Source: Myxococcota bacterium (lineage in GTDB: Bacteria > Myxococcota_A > SURF-8). From it: DNA of 64,000 nucleotides. The first letter of the stretch is position 1. The number at the start of each line of letters is the position of its first letter. Below, piece by piece: positions 1 through 9,802 of the stretch. The DNA is taken from contig OZ223209.1 in assembly GCA_965140415.1 (NCBI GenBank), positions 2,912,001 to 2,976,000 on the forward strand, in the 5' to 3' direction. The notes under the pieces were generated by a model, which searched no databases, had not been told where the DNA came from, and saw nothing but the letters and a program-made list of their open reading frames with translations. Position numbers and translations under genes: made by a program.

Positions 1-1140
1 TTCTCTGTGCTTGTCCTGTTCAACCAATACGGTAAGTGTTTTTCCGAACTGGCGTTTGGCGCTTTGCAGGCGCGACTGCTGGTCTAATTCGATAAGGCGT
101 CGGGCGCGCTCGCGCCTTTGTTGAACCGGAACCTGATCCGGCATGGAGGCGGCAGGAGTGTCGGGACGCTCGGAATAGGGGAAAACGTGCAGATAGTCTA
201 TCGGGAGTGTTCGGATAAAGTCTTCCGTTTGTTTGAATTCATCCTCGCTTTCACCGGGAAAGCCGACAATCACATCCAAACCGATTCCGACATCTAATAT
301 TTCCGAGACGGCTCGCTCGATGCGCTGGGCATAGTGGCGGGTGCGATAGGGGCGTCGCATTCGTTCAAGAATCGAATCGCAGCCGCTTTGTAATGGGATG
401 TGTAGATGTGGGCATATCGAATGAGCGTACTTGATGATATCAATAACCCGATCCGTCAATTCCAGTGGCTCAAGAGAACTGAGCCGAATTCTCGGAATGT
501 GCTTGCTTTCATCCAGGGCTTGTAGGAGATCTGAAAATACCGGCTTGCCGGGTAAGTCGCGTCCCCATTGGCCGATATGAATGCCGGTCAACACAACTTC
601 CTTGTAACCCTGTTCACCAAGTGCAGAAAGTTCCTCTACAGCTTGGTTAATGGGTTTGCTGTTTACCGGACCTCGCGCACGAGGAATGATGCAATAAGAG
701 CAATGCGCTTCGCAACCATCCTGCACCTTAAGGTAGGGACGATCTCTGGTGCTGAAGCGGGGACCGTGATCGTTTATGCTTGGCTTGTAACCATGACTTC
801 GGGCCCGTTCGAGGAGCAGTTGTATTACGCCGTTTGTTTGCTCTCGGGTGACAATCTGGTCGATTTCTTGAATTTTGAGCAATTCGTTTTTGGCGGTATT
901 GGCATAGCATCCAGTCAGGATAACCAGTGCCTCCGGTGAGGTGCGTCGTGCGCGATACGCAAACTGACGGCTTTGTCGGTCTGCCGTGGCTGTAACGGTA
1001 CAGGAGTTGATGATATAGGCATCCGCCTGTTGCTTGAAAGGAACCTGTACGAAAACCGCTGGATCCAGTTGACCCAGCAGACGTGCAGAATCGTAGTGGT
1101 TGGTTTTACAACCCAACGTAGTGATTGCGATACGAAACAT
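1..1140 (-). CDS. mtaB: tRNA t6A37 methylthiotransferase MtaB (3' end runs off the window)
   Basis: Manual translation from the ATG at 1140 gives MFRIAITTLGCKTNHYDS...YIINSCTVT...ILTGCYA (UPF0004 N-domain), then LKVQDGCEAHCSYCIIP (radical SAM CxxxCxxC), HLHIPLQSG, DVIVGFPGE and HVFPYSERP. It is missing from the ORF track because no stop codon lies in the window. Confidence 0.9.
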   Translation of the reverse strand, partial: MFRIAITTLGCKTNHYDSARLLGQLDPAVFVQVPFKQQADAYIINSCTVTATADRQSRQFAYRARRTSPEALVILTGCYANTAKNELLKIQEIDQIVTREQTNGVIQLLLERARSHGYKPSINDHGPRFSTRDRPYLKVQDGCEAHCSYCIIPRARGPVNSKPINQAVEELSALGEQGYKEVVLTGIHIGQWGRDLPGKPVFSDLLQALDESKHIPRIRLSSLEPLELTDRVIDIIKYAHSICPHLHIPLQSGCDSILERMRRPYRTRHYAQRIERAVSEILDVGIGLDVIVGFPGESEDEFKQTEDFIRTLPIDYLHVFPYSERPDTPAASMPDQVPVQQRRERARRLIELDQQSRLQSAKRQFGKTLTVLVEQDKHRE

Positions 1141-1182
1141 GAATGTTGGTCCAAAGCCGTTACAGGCTTGGATGCGCGCCCG

Positions 1183-2826
1183 TTAGCGAGAGAGGAACCG
1201 GCTTTTCTTCATTGCGAACTTGATCTGTTTGACCATACGCGGGTCCGTTTCTTTTTCAAGCAGCCATTTGAGGCATTCGTAGGCGCTGGGGGATTTAATC
1301 TGTGCGAGGGCTTCAACGAAGAATTCTCGCGCCAGGCGGTTACTTTCCTTGAAATAAATTTCGCGGAATTCCGAAACGGCTTTCGGGTCGCCCAGTTTTC
1401 CAAGTGCGCGAGCGGCAGCTTGGCGCACAACCGGGCTGGGATCGTGCAGACCGTTTTTCATAAGGAATTCTACGGTGCTTTTAGGTTCTTTATAGTCTTC
1501 GAAGACTTCAATAATGCTTTTACGGATGAACTCCGAGCCTGCTTCCGGAGAGACGAACAAGTCCTTAAGACCCTGGATTGTCACGTCATCTTTGATGGAA
1601 CGGAAATATTCAAGAATCGCCACCTGGCGGGGGAGGAAATTGCGGTCCTGCAACAGATCCAAGAGCAACAAGTTCAGATCCATATCTGCGTAATCACGGA
1701 ATATTTCCAGAATCACGCGGAAGGAATCGACTTTGTTTTTGAGCAGTTCCCGTTCCAATACATCCAACGAATCTTCACTTTCGAACTCGATGACGGCACG
1801 CAATACGGCGCTCATCGAGGTTTCCAGGCCGCGAGCCGGATACAATTCGCACTGTTCGAGCTGTTTGTCTTCTGTCTTATCGATCATATCGGCCAGCACC
1901 GGAATGGCGCGCTGATCCTGAATGATACTGAGTGCTTTTGCCGCAACGGAGCGAACTAGCTGTGAGGAGTCTGATTGTAGGGTGGAACTGATTTGATCGA
2001 AGATCAGATCCACCTTCGATTTTTTTTCCGTTTTTCCTTTGCGAGATTTGCTTCGCTTACGTTTTTTTGTTTTCGCACTTTTGTCTTTTGCCGGAGTCGC
2101 TTTTCGAAGTTGCAGAGACAAGTCTGTTAAGGTTTGAATGGCTAGCAAACGGGCATTGATGTCTTTGCTCTTTAACAGATTGAAAAGGATGTCCGTATTG
2201 TCATAACTTGGGGAAAGTTGGGCGACCATCTTCAGATAAGAGGCCGCCATGGTGTCATTGGCGTTTTGGGAAGCGGCCTCGAGTTTTTCAAGCAAACGGC
2301 CAAGAAAAACCGGATCGACTGGTCGCTGGTTCAAGCGCTGGGCCAGATTACTTAAATACCCATCGAAGATTTCATAATCGAACTCGTGGAAATATTGGGG
2401 AAACGCGGGAGAAAGCACCGAAGTTCGGATAGTGCCGCGATCCACTTTCAAAGCAACAGAATTACGAACGGGTTCAAAGGGAACAGAACCGATCATCGCA
2501 GCATTCAGGAAAAAGAAGTAGTCTTCTCCTGCTTTAAAAAAAGACCGGGAGTCTTTTATGGGTTGATATTTCAGCTTGTTGAAGCTGATAATACGAATTT
2601 CATCTCGTACGCTGCCCTTGATCGCTTTGCTGATCGATGCCCGCACTCCGGTACCGTCTACTGCTGTAATCTGAGCGAAAACAACATTGGGTGCATCAGC
2701 AATGATCTCCGCGAACGTAGGGCCGGAGCCATCCACACGCCATTGCGTATCACCGGCAAAGCCGGGGACAGACCACAACATCAAAAAAACGATTAGTATC
2801 GAAAATGCCAAACCTCGCGTCATCAC
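1183..2826 (-). CDS. Secreted HEAT/PBS-lyase repeat protein
   Basis: N-terminal signal peptide, repeated HEAT-like motifs (VRSVAAKAL, VRQAAARALGKLGD) and an internal Lys/Arg-rich segment. Confidence 0.7.
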   Translation of the reverse strand: MMTRGLAFSILIVFLMLWSVPGFAGDTQWRVDGSGPTFAEIIADAPNVVFAQITAVDGTGVRASISKAIKGSVRDEIRIISFNKLKYQPIKDSRSFFKAGEDYFFFLNAAMIGSVPFEPVRNSVALKVDRGTIRTSVLSPAFPQYFHEFDYEIFDGYLSNLAQRLNQRPVDPVFLGRLLEKLEAASQNANDTMAASYLKMVAQLSPSYDNTDILFNLLKSKDINARLLAIQTLTDLSLQLRKATPAKDKSAKTKKRKRSKSRKGKTEKKSKVDLIFDQISSTLQSDSSQLVRSVAAKALSIIQDQRAIPVLADMIDKTEDKQLEQCELYPARGLETSMSAVLRAVIEFESEDSLDVLERELLKNKVDSFRVILEIFRDYADMDLNLLLLDLLQDRNFLPRQVAILEYFRSIKDDVTIQGLKDLFVSPEAGSEFIRKSIIEVFEDYKEPKSTVEFLMKNGLHDPSPVVRQAAARALGKLGDPKAVSEFREIYFKESNRLAREFFVEALAQIKSPSAYECLKWLLEKETDPRMVKQIKFAMKKSRFLSR

Positions 2827-2996
2827 TGCCTCCCCACAAAAAGTTTCCTCTTCTCAGATTTCCGGCATGATACCAACTTCATCCTATGTCGGAGTGTATC
2901 CAAAATCAAGGAAATCATACAAAAAATCGGGGCTTCTAAACAAGATTGAGCAGGCGGGCAGAGGAATGTTTCCGAGAACTGTAAAAAGATCGCAGT

Positions 2997-4370
2997 TTAG
3001 GGCAATGCTTCAGTATCAAGATCGGAGTCTCCGGCACTTTCCCATTCGCCATCTCCCTGTAAGCACAAGGAAATATCGCAAACCGCAGATAGACCGTCTT
3101 CGCTACACTCCCATGTTCCGGTACAGCCGCTTTCTGCATCTTCGCATACTTCCCCAATTTCGGGCAATTGCGGTCCGCATACTCCGCAAGCGTTGAAAAG
3201 TTCGGCATCGCAGACCGATTGCAGCCCGTTAGCGCTACAAATGTAATGCCCCTGGCATCCATCTGTGCTGAAGCAAAGAGATCCAAGGTTGGGTGGATTG
3301 GCACCGCAGACGCCGCAGTCATTGATAGACGGTGCATTGCAGCCTAGAGATTGGCCACCTGGACGACAAAAATAGACGCCCGTACAGCCTGAAGCATTTG
3401 TGCAAATCTGGCCCATATTCGGCAGGTCCGGGCCGCAGACTCCACACTGGTTGATTTGCATCCCATCACACAGAAGGGCATCGTTGGTGCTGTTACACAC
3501 ATACGTTCCTGGGCAATTGGAGGAGTTGGTGCAAGTTGTTCCATGGTCAGGCAGCGCAGGACCGCCGCAAAGACCGCATTCGTTGGGGACGATATCTGTA
3601 TCGCAAAGACTGTCTGTGCCGTTGGTGTTACAAACGTAATTAGAGGGACAACCGGAACTGTTTACACAATCAAGCCCGATTTCAGGCAGATCCGGACCGC
3701 CACAACGCTCGCATTGATTGGCCAGTGGTGCGGAACAGACTAGCGATAAACCATCCTGGGCGCACTCGTACATTCCATCACAGCCTTCATCGCTGACGCA
3801 TGAATAGCCGAAATCGGGAAGGGCGGCGCCACAGACGCCGCATTCGTTGCTGCCGGGATCATCGCATTCGGCATAGCGTCCATTTTCGCTGCAAATACGA
3901 ACGCCGCAGACGCCACACGCATCGCCGAGGTTGCTCAACTCCGGGCCGCAGACATCGCATTCGTTGAAACCGGGATCATCGCAAACAAGAGATAGGCCGT
4001 CCTCTGAACATCGATAGGTTCCACAGTCGCCACAGGCGTGACCATGCAAGGGCAAGGGCGGTCCGCCGCACACATCACATGCATTGGGTACACAGGGCGT
4101 TTCTTCGTCAATTGCGTCCGTGTCGCCATCTTCCGAATTTTCCGAGGTGTCGTTTTCTTCGTCTGCTTGTTCCGAGAGCAGATCGGTATCTAGATCGGTT
4201 TCAAGATCGAAGTCGCCGTCGGTGTCTGTCGTATCCAAATCCCCATCGGAAATGGAATCTTGATCGTGATCTTGCGGGTCAGAAGAGGAGCTACAAGCTA
4301 TTAGCAAGGATACAGATAAAAGAAACAACAGCGTAAGGCGCATGACAGATCGTGGCTCGAAATGGTACAT
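2997..4370 (-). CDS. Cys-rich repeat lipoprotein
   Basis: AAGGAG RBS, lipobox LLIAC, Asp-rich DGD linker, then eight ~38-44-aa six-Cys repeats starting NxC(G/D/E)xCG. Confidence 0.8.
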   Translation of the reverse strand: MYHFEPRSVMRLTLLFLLSVSLLIACSSSSDPQDHDQDSISDGDLDTTDTDGDFDLETDLDTDLLSEQADEENDTSENSEDGDTDAIDEETPCVPNACDVCGGPPLPLHGHACGDCGTYRCSEDGLSLVCDDPGFNECDVCGPELSNLGDACGVCGVRICSENGRYAECDDPGSNECGVCGAALPDFGYSCVSDEGCDGMYECAQDGLSLVCSAPLANQCERCGGPDLPEIGLDCVNSSGCPSNYVCNTNGTDSLCDTDIVPNECGLCGGPALPDHGTTCTNSSNCPGTYVCNSTNDALLCDGMQINQCGVCGPDLPNMGQICTNASGCTGVYFCRPGGQSLGCNAPSINDCGVCGANPPNLGSLCFSTDGCQGHYICSANGLQSVCDAELFNACGVCGPQLPEIGEVCEDAESGCTGTWECSEDGLSAVCDISLCLQGDGEWESAGDSDLDTEALP

Positions 4371-4415
4371 CGACTTCTCCTTACTGCCTCCGCTACGATA
4401 TCAGGTGTGGATTCT

Positions 4416-5912
4416 TCAGCGGAGAATGGCCGATGGAGGGATGATTTCTGCGTCACTTTGCTCGCCAGAAAATTCCTGGTCACCATCGGTAACAGATAGA
4501 TCATTCTCTATAGTATCCGCTTCCAGCTCGGCTGCGTCAAGTGTATCTAGATCAATGTCTCCATTTGGAATTACATCTCCATCAGGAGTGACGTCTCCGT
4601 CAGGAGTGACGTCTCCGTCAGGAGTGACGTCTCCGTCAGGAGTGACGTCTCCATCAGGCGTGACGTCTCCATCAGGAGTGACGTCGCCATCGGGAGTGAC
4701 ATCGCCATCAGGCGTGATATCTCCATCAGGAGTGACGTCGCCATCAGGAGCGACATCCCCATCAGGAGTGACGTCTCCATCAGGAGTGATATCTCCATCT
4801 GGTGCGACATCTCCATCAGGTGTGATATCTCCATCTGGTGTGATATCTCCATCTGGTGCGACATCTCCATCTGGTGCGACATCTCCATCAGGTGTGATAT
4901 CTCCATCTGGTGGGACATCTCCGTCAGGTGTGATATCTCCATCAGGGGAGAAATCCCCATCGGGTTCGTCGCAGGCAATCATGGTGTAATCCATACTGCA
5001 ACTCAAGCAATCAAGCGTCAACGCCTGTTTTTCGTCCGAATAACTGAGTTGGCATCCTTGGTTTCCTAGCATTGGAAGAGGAGCTTGTTGCAAAGTAGTG
5101 CAGTCGGAAGTGGCAAACAATGAGGTTTCTGCACCAGATGCGCTAACGGACAGAATCTGATAGGAACAGAGATCCGGAACTAACGGTTGGTTGGTGTCGT
5201 CCAGATCTGCTGATTCGAATCGGAAAGAGGCAACTCCCACACAGCCGGTCACGTTTCGCGCACACCAGTCACCACTAAATGCTTCGCAGGAACAGGCATT
5301 ATCTCCATCGGTTTCCTGGTCGCCATCCGATACGATTTCCTGATCCGAATAAAAAAGGGCGAAGATGCTGAAATGAATCGTGTCGAAAATGCTCAGATGA
5401 CCATCTGTCTGTACCGATCCCTGCAACGGTTGCCAGTCGGTTGAGTATGGATTGCTGGTTGTAAAGGCACGGACGTTTTGAATCTGCTGTTCGTTCGACA
5501 TGGTGCCGGGAGAATAGGGCATTTCGATTGTAACCGGTTTGGCAAAAGTTAGACCTTCCGGTCCCAGCCACAGCCCGATTGAAATTCGTTTGTATTGCGC
5601 CCGTTCTAGATCGCTTTCATCGATACTCTCCGAGTCGATTCCATCCGAATAGAATGCAGGTACTTCTTCACTAACGATTTCAAAGGCTTCCAAAATGGTG
5701 GGCTGAGTCAATGCATTGGGTGGCACGATGATTTTCGTCCCTTTTGGCCCAAGCATGGTACCTCCCGCCTCGCCGATGGTTTGATACACCACCGTTTCGG
5801 TAACGGCCTTTCCATCCGAGCAGCCGGCTGTTACGAGTGGGATCGTACAAGCCAGAAAAAAGAAAAACGTAAGCGAGGCGCGAATCGATCGTTTCATAAA
5901 CTCTGCTCCCAT
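4416..5912 (-). CDS. Lipoprotein with ZU5-like domain and C-terminal PDGD tandem repeats
   Basis: Lipobox TAGC. The motifs IGEAGGT, IIVPPNAL, LGPEGLTFAKPVTIEMPY and HFSIFAL are ZU5-like. A Cys-containing domain follows, then 22 PDGDxx repeats. Confidence 0.75.
   Translation of the reverse strand: MGAEFMKRSIRASLTFFFFLACTIPLVTAGCSDGKAVTETVVYQTIGEAGGTMLGPKGTKIIVPPNALTQPTILEAFEIVSEEVPAFYSDGIDSESIDESDLERAQYKRISIGLWLGPEGLTFAKPVTIEMPYSPGTMSNEQQIQNVRAFTTSNPYSTDWQPLQGSVQTDGHLSIFDTIHFSIFALFYSDQEIVSDGDQETDGDNACSCEAFSGDWCARNVTGCVGVASFRFESADLDDTNQPLVPDLCSYQILSVSASGAETSLFATSDCTTLQQAPLPMLGNQGCQLSYSDEKQALTLDCLSCSMDYTMIACDEPDGDFSPDGDITPDGDVPPDGDITPDGDVAPDGDVAPDGDITPDGDITPDGDVAPDGDITPDGDVTPDGDVAPDGDVTPDGDITPDGDVTPDGDVTPDGDVTPDGDVTPDGDVTPDGDVTPDGDVTPDGDVIPNGDIDLDTLDAAELEADTIENDLSVTDGDQEFSGEQSDAEIIPPSAILR
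4551..4964. repeat. 18-bp coding tandem repeat, 23 units (22 PDGDxx plus 1 PNGDID)
   Basis: Contiguous units such as tctccatcaggagtgacg, varying at synonymous positions and in the last two codons, with no spacers. Confidence 0.95.
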
Positions 5913-5961
5913 GCGCCTTGCTTAAGGCGCGGGTTGATAAACCGGAAAAGTCCGGTAGAAA

Positions 5962-8352
5962 TTATTCTTCGCCGCGAATCGGCATGTTGGCGTCTCTCAA
6001 TGCCTTCAACAAACCTTCATGCAAAGCAGCGGTTTCTTCATGAGCCAGGGTGCAATCTTTAGCGCCGAAGACCACGCGATAAGTAACAGCCTTTTTGCCT
6101 TGTGTCAGGCGTTCTCCTTCATATTTGTACAGGAATGCCATGTCGAACAATCGTTTTCCTGCGGCCTTTCTGATCACTTGTTCGATTTCCGCTACCGGGC
6201 GGGTACGGTCGACCACGACTGTAATTTCAACCGGGTTGACAGGGAAGCGTTGCAGCGGTTCAAAAGCCAGCTTCTTTCTGGGTAGATTGAAAAGAAGATC
6301 GACATCCAGATCGAACAGCGCCACACGTTTTTTCAATTCGAAACGATCCGCAATTCGCGGATGCAGTTCTCCAAGCAGGCCGATGGTCTTTTTCGCGAAA
6401 TTCAATTGGATGGATCTGCCCGGATGCAGCCAACTCGGCAGATTCTGAGGAATCGTCACCTGCACGTTGGGAAGGCGGATTTCTTCCAGTAACTGGAGGA
6501 TCAACCCCTTAGTAACGTAGAAAGGCGTTTCTTCTTCACCATATACCGCGCCGCACAAGCGGGTGGTTTCATTTGCAAGTGCCTTGTCGTTTCGATCCTG
6601 TTTGCGAATGGTACGGCCTAGTTCGAACAGGCGGAACTGCTCGAAATGCTTCTGGTTTGTGGCGCAATTGGCGATAATTTGCGGAATCAGGTCGCCCCGC
6701 ATACGATCTGCATCCACCGAAATCGGATTTCGCAAGCGCAAGTAACCTTCCGTATCAAAGCCCGCCTTCTCATAAGTCTGTGGATTGGCAAAGGAGTAAT
6801 TCGACACTTCGTCGAAATTCAGCTTTTGACAAAGGATATCGCGGAGTTGCCATTCCAGTTCTCGTTGAAGGTTGGCTCGCGGAGGATCGGAAAGAACCAA
6901 GGGAGCAATTGGCGTGATGTTGTCGTAACCGTAAATACGACCGATTTCTTCTACGATGTCGGCTTTCATGCTGACGTCACCGGTGGCGCGATAAGAAGGA
7001 ACTGTCAAATGCAATTGTTGACCGTTGCGTTCCACTCCATATCGCAGGCTTTCCAGGATACCGATGATCTGCTCTTCCGGCAGCCGTTCTCCAAGCCGGG
7101 TATGAATGTGTTCGAAATCGATATCGATCTTAATCGTTTCTGGCGGTGAGGGCCAAGCATCTAGAAATTCAGATACTACTTGAGCCTGCGGGCAGGTTTC
7201 GCGAATCAATTCCACTGCCCGGATAATCGACGGATAGGTGGCGGCGGGATCCTGTCCTTTTTCGAAACGCTGCGCAGAATCGGTACGCAGGTTCAGCCGG
7301 TTCGCGGTGCGACGAATCGTTGCAGGGTGGAAATTGGCGGATTCGAGCACCACGCAAGTGGTGTCGTCCACGATTTCCGAATTCATACCACCCATGACAC
7401 CGCCCAGCGCTACGGCCCGTTGTGTGTCAGCGATGACGATATCGCTCTCAAGCAGTTTGTGTTCGTTTTCATCGAGAGTCGTGAAAATCTCATCTGCCTT
7501 GGCTGTGCGAATCACGATGCAATCACCCTGAATTTGTCGGCGGTCGAAGGCATGCATCGGCTGACCCAACTCAAGCATCACGTAGTTGGTCACATCCACA
7601 AGGTTGTTTATGGGTCGCAATCCCACGCTACGCAAGCGGTGTTGCATCCATGCCGGACTGGGTTTGACTTCTACGTTATTGACTACCAGTGCAGAATAAC
7701 GCGGACACAACTCCGACGTTTGATTGTCGATGCGCAACGGGTCCGGATTTTCCGGCTTTACCAAAAGCGATTCGTCCACGCTGAAGCGTTGCGGCTTGTT
7801 GTAAATGGCGGCCAGTTCACGTGAAAAACCGACGTGCCCCCAAAGGTCCGGGCGGTTGGTCAGTGATTTATTGTCTACTTCCAATACGATGTCCATTGGA
7901 CCATAGAGCTTGTCCAGGGTGATACCGATGGGCGTGTCTTGCGGGAAGATCAAAATGCCTTCGTGGCTTTCTGAAAGTCCCAGTTCATCTTCGGCGCAGA
8001 TCATTCCTTCCGAGCGAATGCCGCGAATCGAGGAGGCTTTCAATTCGCCACCAGGTAACTTCGTCCCGATCTTGGCCAGGGCGACGATCTGGTCCATGGC
8101 GACATTTGGGGCGCCGCAGACCACTTCCATTTCGCTCTGTCCGTCGTTAACGCGCACCAATCGAAGTTTGTCCGCGTTGGGATGAGGATTGATCTGTGTG
8201 ACCCGCGCCGTGACGACCTGATGCAAATGCTCCCAGCAGGTTTCCACTTCCTCGACTTCGGCGGTAGCCATGGTTACGCGTTCCATCAATTCCGCCGGTG
8301 TAATGTCGGCCAATTCTACAAAATCTCGAATCCAGTTCAGCGATATCTTCAA
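5962..8352 (-). CDS. pheT: Phenylalanine--tRNA ligase beta subunit
   Basis: MKISLNWI, HPNADKL, VVCGAPNV, NRPDLWGH, INNLVDVTNYVMLELGQPMHAFD and EEIGRIYGYDNI; 796 aa; directly downstream of pheS. Confidence 0.97.
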   Translation of the reverse strand: MKISLNWIRDFVELADITPAELMERVTMATAEVEEVETCWEHLHQVVTARVTQINPHPNADKLRLVRVNDGQSEMEVVCGAPNVAMDQIVALAKIGTKLPGGELKASSIRGIRSEGMICAEDELGLSESHEGILIFPQDTPIGITLDKLYGPMDIVLEVDNKSLTNRPDLWGHVGFSRELAAIYNKPQRFSVDESLLVKPENPDPLRIDNQTSELCPRYSALVVNNVEVKPSPAWMQHRLRSVGLRPINNLVDVTNYVMLELGQPMHAFDRRQIQGDCIVIRTAKADEIFTTLDENEHKLLESDIVIADTQRAVALGGVMGGMNSEIVDDTTCVVLESANFHPATIRRTANRLNLRTDSAQRFEKGQDPAATYPSIIRAVELIRETCPQAQVVSEFLDAWPSPPETIKIDIDFEHIHTRLGERLPEEQIIGILESLRYGVERNGQQLHLTVPSYRATGDVSMKADIVEEIGRIYGYDNITPIAPLVLSDPPRANLQRELEWQLRDILCQKLNFDEVSNYSFANPQTYEKAGFDTEGYLRLRNPISVDADRMRGDLIPQIIANCATNQKHFEQFRLFELGRTIRKQDRNDKALANETTRLCGAVYGEEETPFYVTKGLILQLLEEIRLPNVQVTIPQNLPSWLHPGRSIQLNFAKKTIGLLGELHPRIADRFELKKRVALFDLDVDLLFNLPRKKLAFEPLQRFPVNPVEITVVVDRTRPVAEIEQVIRKAAGKRLFDMAFLYKYEGERLTQGKKAVTYRVVFGAKDCTLAHEETAALHEGLLKALRDANMPIRGEE

Positions 8353-8404
8353 CGTAAAACTCCCTTGGATAAGGATGTTGGGTGTTTGCCTTTTTTAATA
8401 AAGC

Positions 8405-9424
8405 CTAGAATTGTCGGATAAAGCGCAGATCGCCGGACAGAAAATGCCGGATATCGTCGATCCCATAGCGCATCATCACAAGGCGGCTCAGTCCCAGACC
8501 AAATGCGAATCCCGAGTAGACGTCCGGATCGATTTGCGCCATCGACAAAACATTGGGATGCACAAGGCCGCAAGGTAGAAGTTCTACCCAGCCGGTTTGC
8601 TTACAGACCGAGCAACCGCTGCCGCCGCAGATCTGACATTGAATGTCCAACTCGAAGCCCGGTTCCACGAAGGGGAAAAAGCCGGGGCGCAGCCGGATCT
8701 TCATGTCTTTTCCGAAAATCTCCCGCAATAGCGAACGCATGAAATGGATGAGATGCGCAACCGAAATGTTACGATCCACCATCAATCCTTCCATTTGCCA
8801 GAAAGTGTTCTCATGGCTGGCGTCTGTGGCCTCGTAACGGAAAACGCGCCCCGGTGCGATCAGTCGCAGCGGCGGTTTTCGATTAGCCATGCCGCGAATC
8901 TGAATGCAGGATGTATGCGTGCGCAGCAGGTTGCCGTCTTCCGTCCAGAACGTGTCTTGCATGTCGCGTGCCGGATGATCTCCGGGGATGTTCAGTGCTT
9001 CGAAATTGTTGTATTCGGATTCCGTTTCCGGACCATCCAAAATCTCGAATCCCATAGAAGTGAAGATGTTCTCCAGTTCCCGCTGAACTAAGTGAATCGG
9101 GAACAGGTGACCCAACTCATTTGTGACGCCGGGTTCGGTTACGTCAATCCATTCACGCTCGCCGATATCATCGTAGCGGCCTTCCACCAGAGCCACTTTA
9201 CGTTGTTCTATTGCCGCTTCTACGGACAGTTTGGTCTCGTTGATCCATTTGCCGATCTCGCGCCGCTCTTCGGGAGGAAAATCGCGCAGGGTTTTCATTA
9301 GTGACGTGATCGAGCCCTTTTTGCCGAGATAGTTCACCTTGCACTCGTGCAGTTGCGTATCATCCGTACATGCTTCGATGGCGATCTGCGCCTGCTGTTT
9401 GAGTTCTTCCAACTTCTGCTGCAT
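8405..9424 (-). CDS. pheS: Phenylalanine--tRNA ligase alpha subunit
   Basis: HPARDMQDTF, LLRTHTS, FFPFVEP and GFAFGLGLSRL. The start is placed at the ATG at 9424 (MQQKLEEL) with an upstream AGGA, giving 339 aa. Confidence 0.97.
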   Translation of the reverse strand: MQQKLEELKQQAQIAIEACTDDTQLHECKVNYLGKKGSITSLMKTLRDFPPEERREIGKWINETKLSVEAAIEQRKVALVEGRYDDIGEREWIDVTEPGVTNELGHLFPIHLVQRELENIFTSMGFEILDGPETESEYNNFEALNIPGDHPARDMQDTFWTEDGNLLRTHTSCIQIRGMANRKPPLRLIAPGRVFRYEATDASHENTFWQMEGLMVDRNISVAHLIHFMRSLLREIFGKDMKIRLRPGFFPFVEPGFELDIQCQICGGSGCSVCKQTGWVELLPCGLVHPNVLSMAQIDPDVYSGFAFGLGLSRLVMMRYGIDDIRHFLSGDLRFIRQF

Positions 9425-9802
9425 AGCCGCTGCCTTTCCTGACTGCAAACAACATCGTTTGCATCCGCAACAATGAATTACAATCAACCGGAAATTCGTT
9501 TGTCCGGTTTGATGTATCCTAACAGATATTTTCCCCTCCACCACGAAAATCGAGGTCATCCAGCGATCCTGTCGGGCGAAGAATGGACGCACTATTATAA
9601 AGGTTTTTATTTTAAAAGAAAGATTTCTCCTATGAAATCAGCCTAAAACTTGTAGACGGCAATTTTGCTCGGAATGCGTTGAAATCAAACGAAGTTTGCG
9701 TTGGCTAACGATTTCTAGGTCGACTGGATACGCGTCCGACTTTTCCCTTGCGATGCGCTTCATTGACCGTTATACCAGATAGTAAGGGGTGTATCGTTTA
9801 TA

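Noticed and set aside
973-1959. 328-aa plus-strand ORF and other long shadow ORFs (e.g. 4342-4989, 45963-46862, 52403-53464, 55382-56395)
   Set aside because: They are antisense or off-frame to well-supported genes and carry no motifs; repetitive codon use explains the open frames.
4551-4964. 18-bp tandem array as a CRISPR array
   Set aside because: The units are contiguous with no unique spacers, lie in frame within a CDS, and no cas genes are present.
9425-9592. N-terminal extension of PheS in the ORF track
   Set aside because: Recognisable PheS sequence begins at MQQKLEEL (ATG 9424), which has an RBS-like AGGA; the extension comes from choosing the longest ORF.
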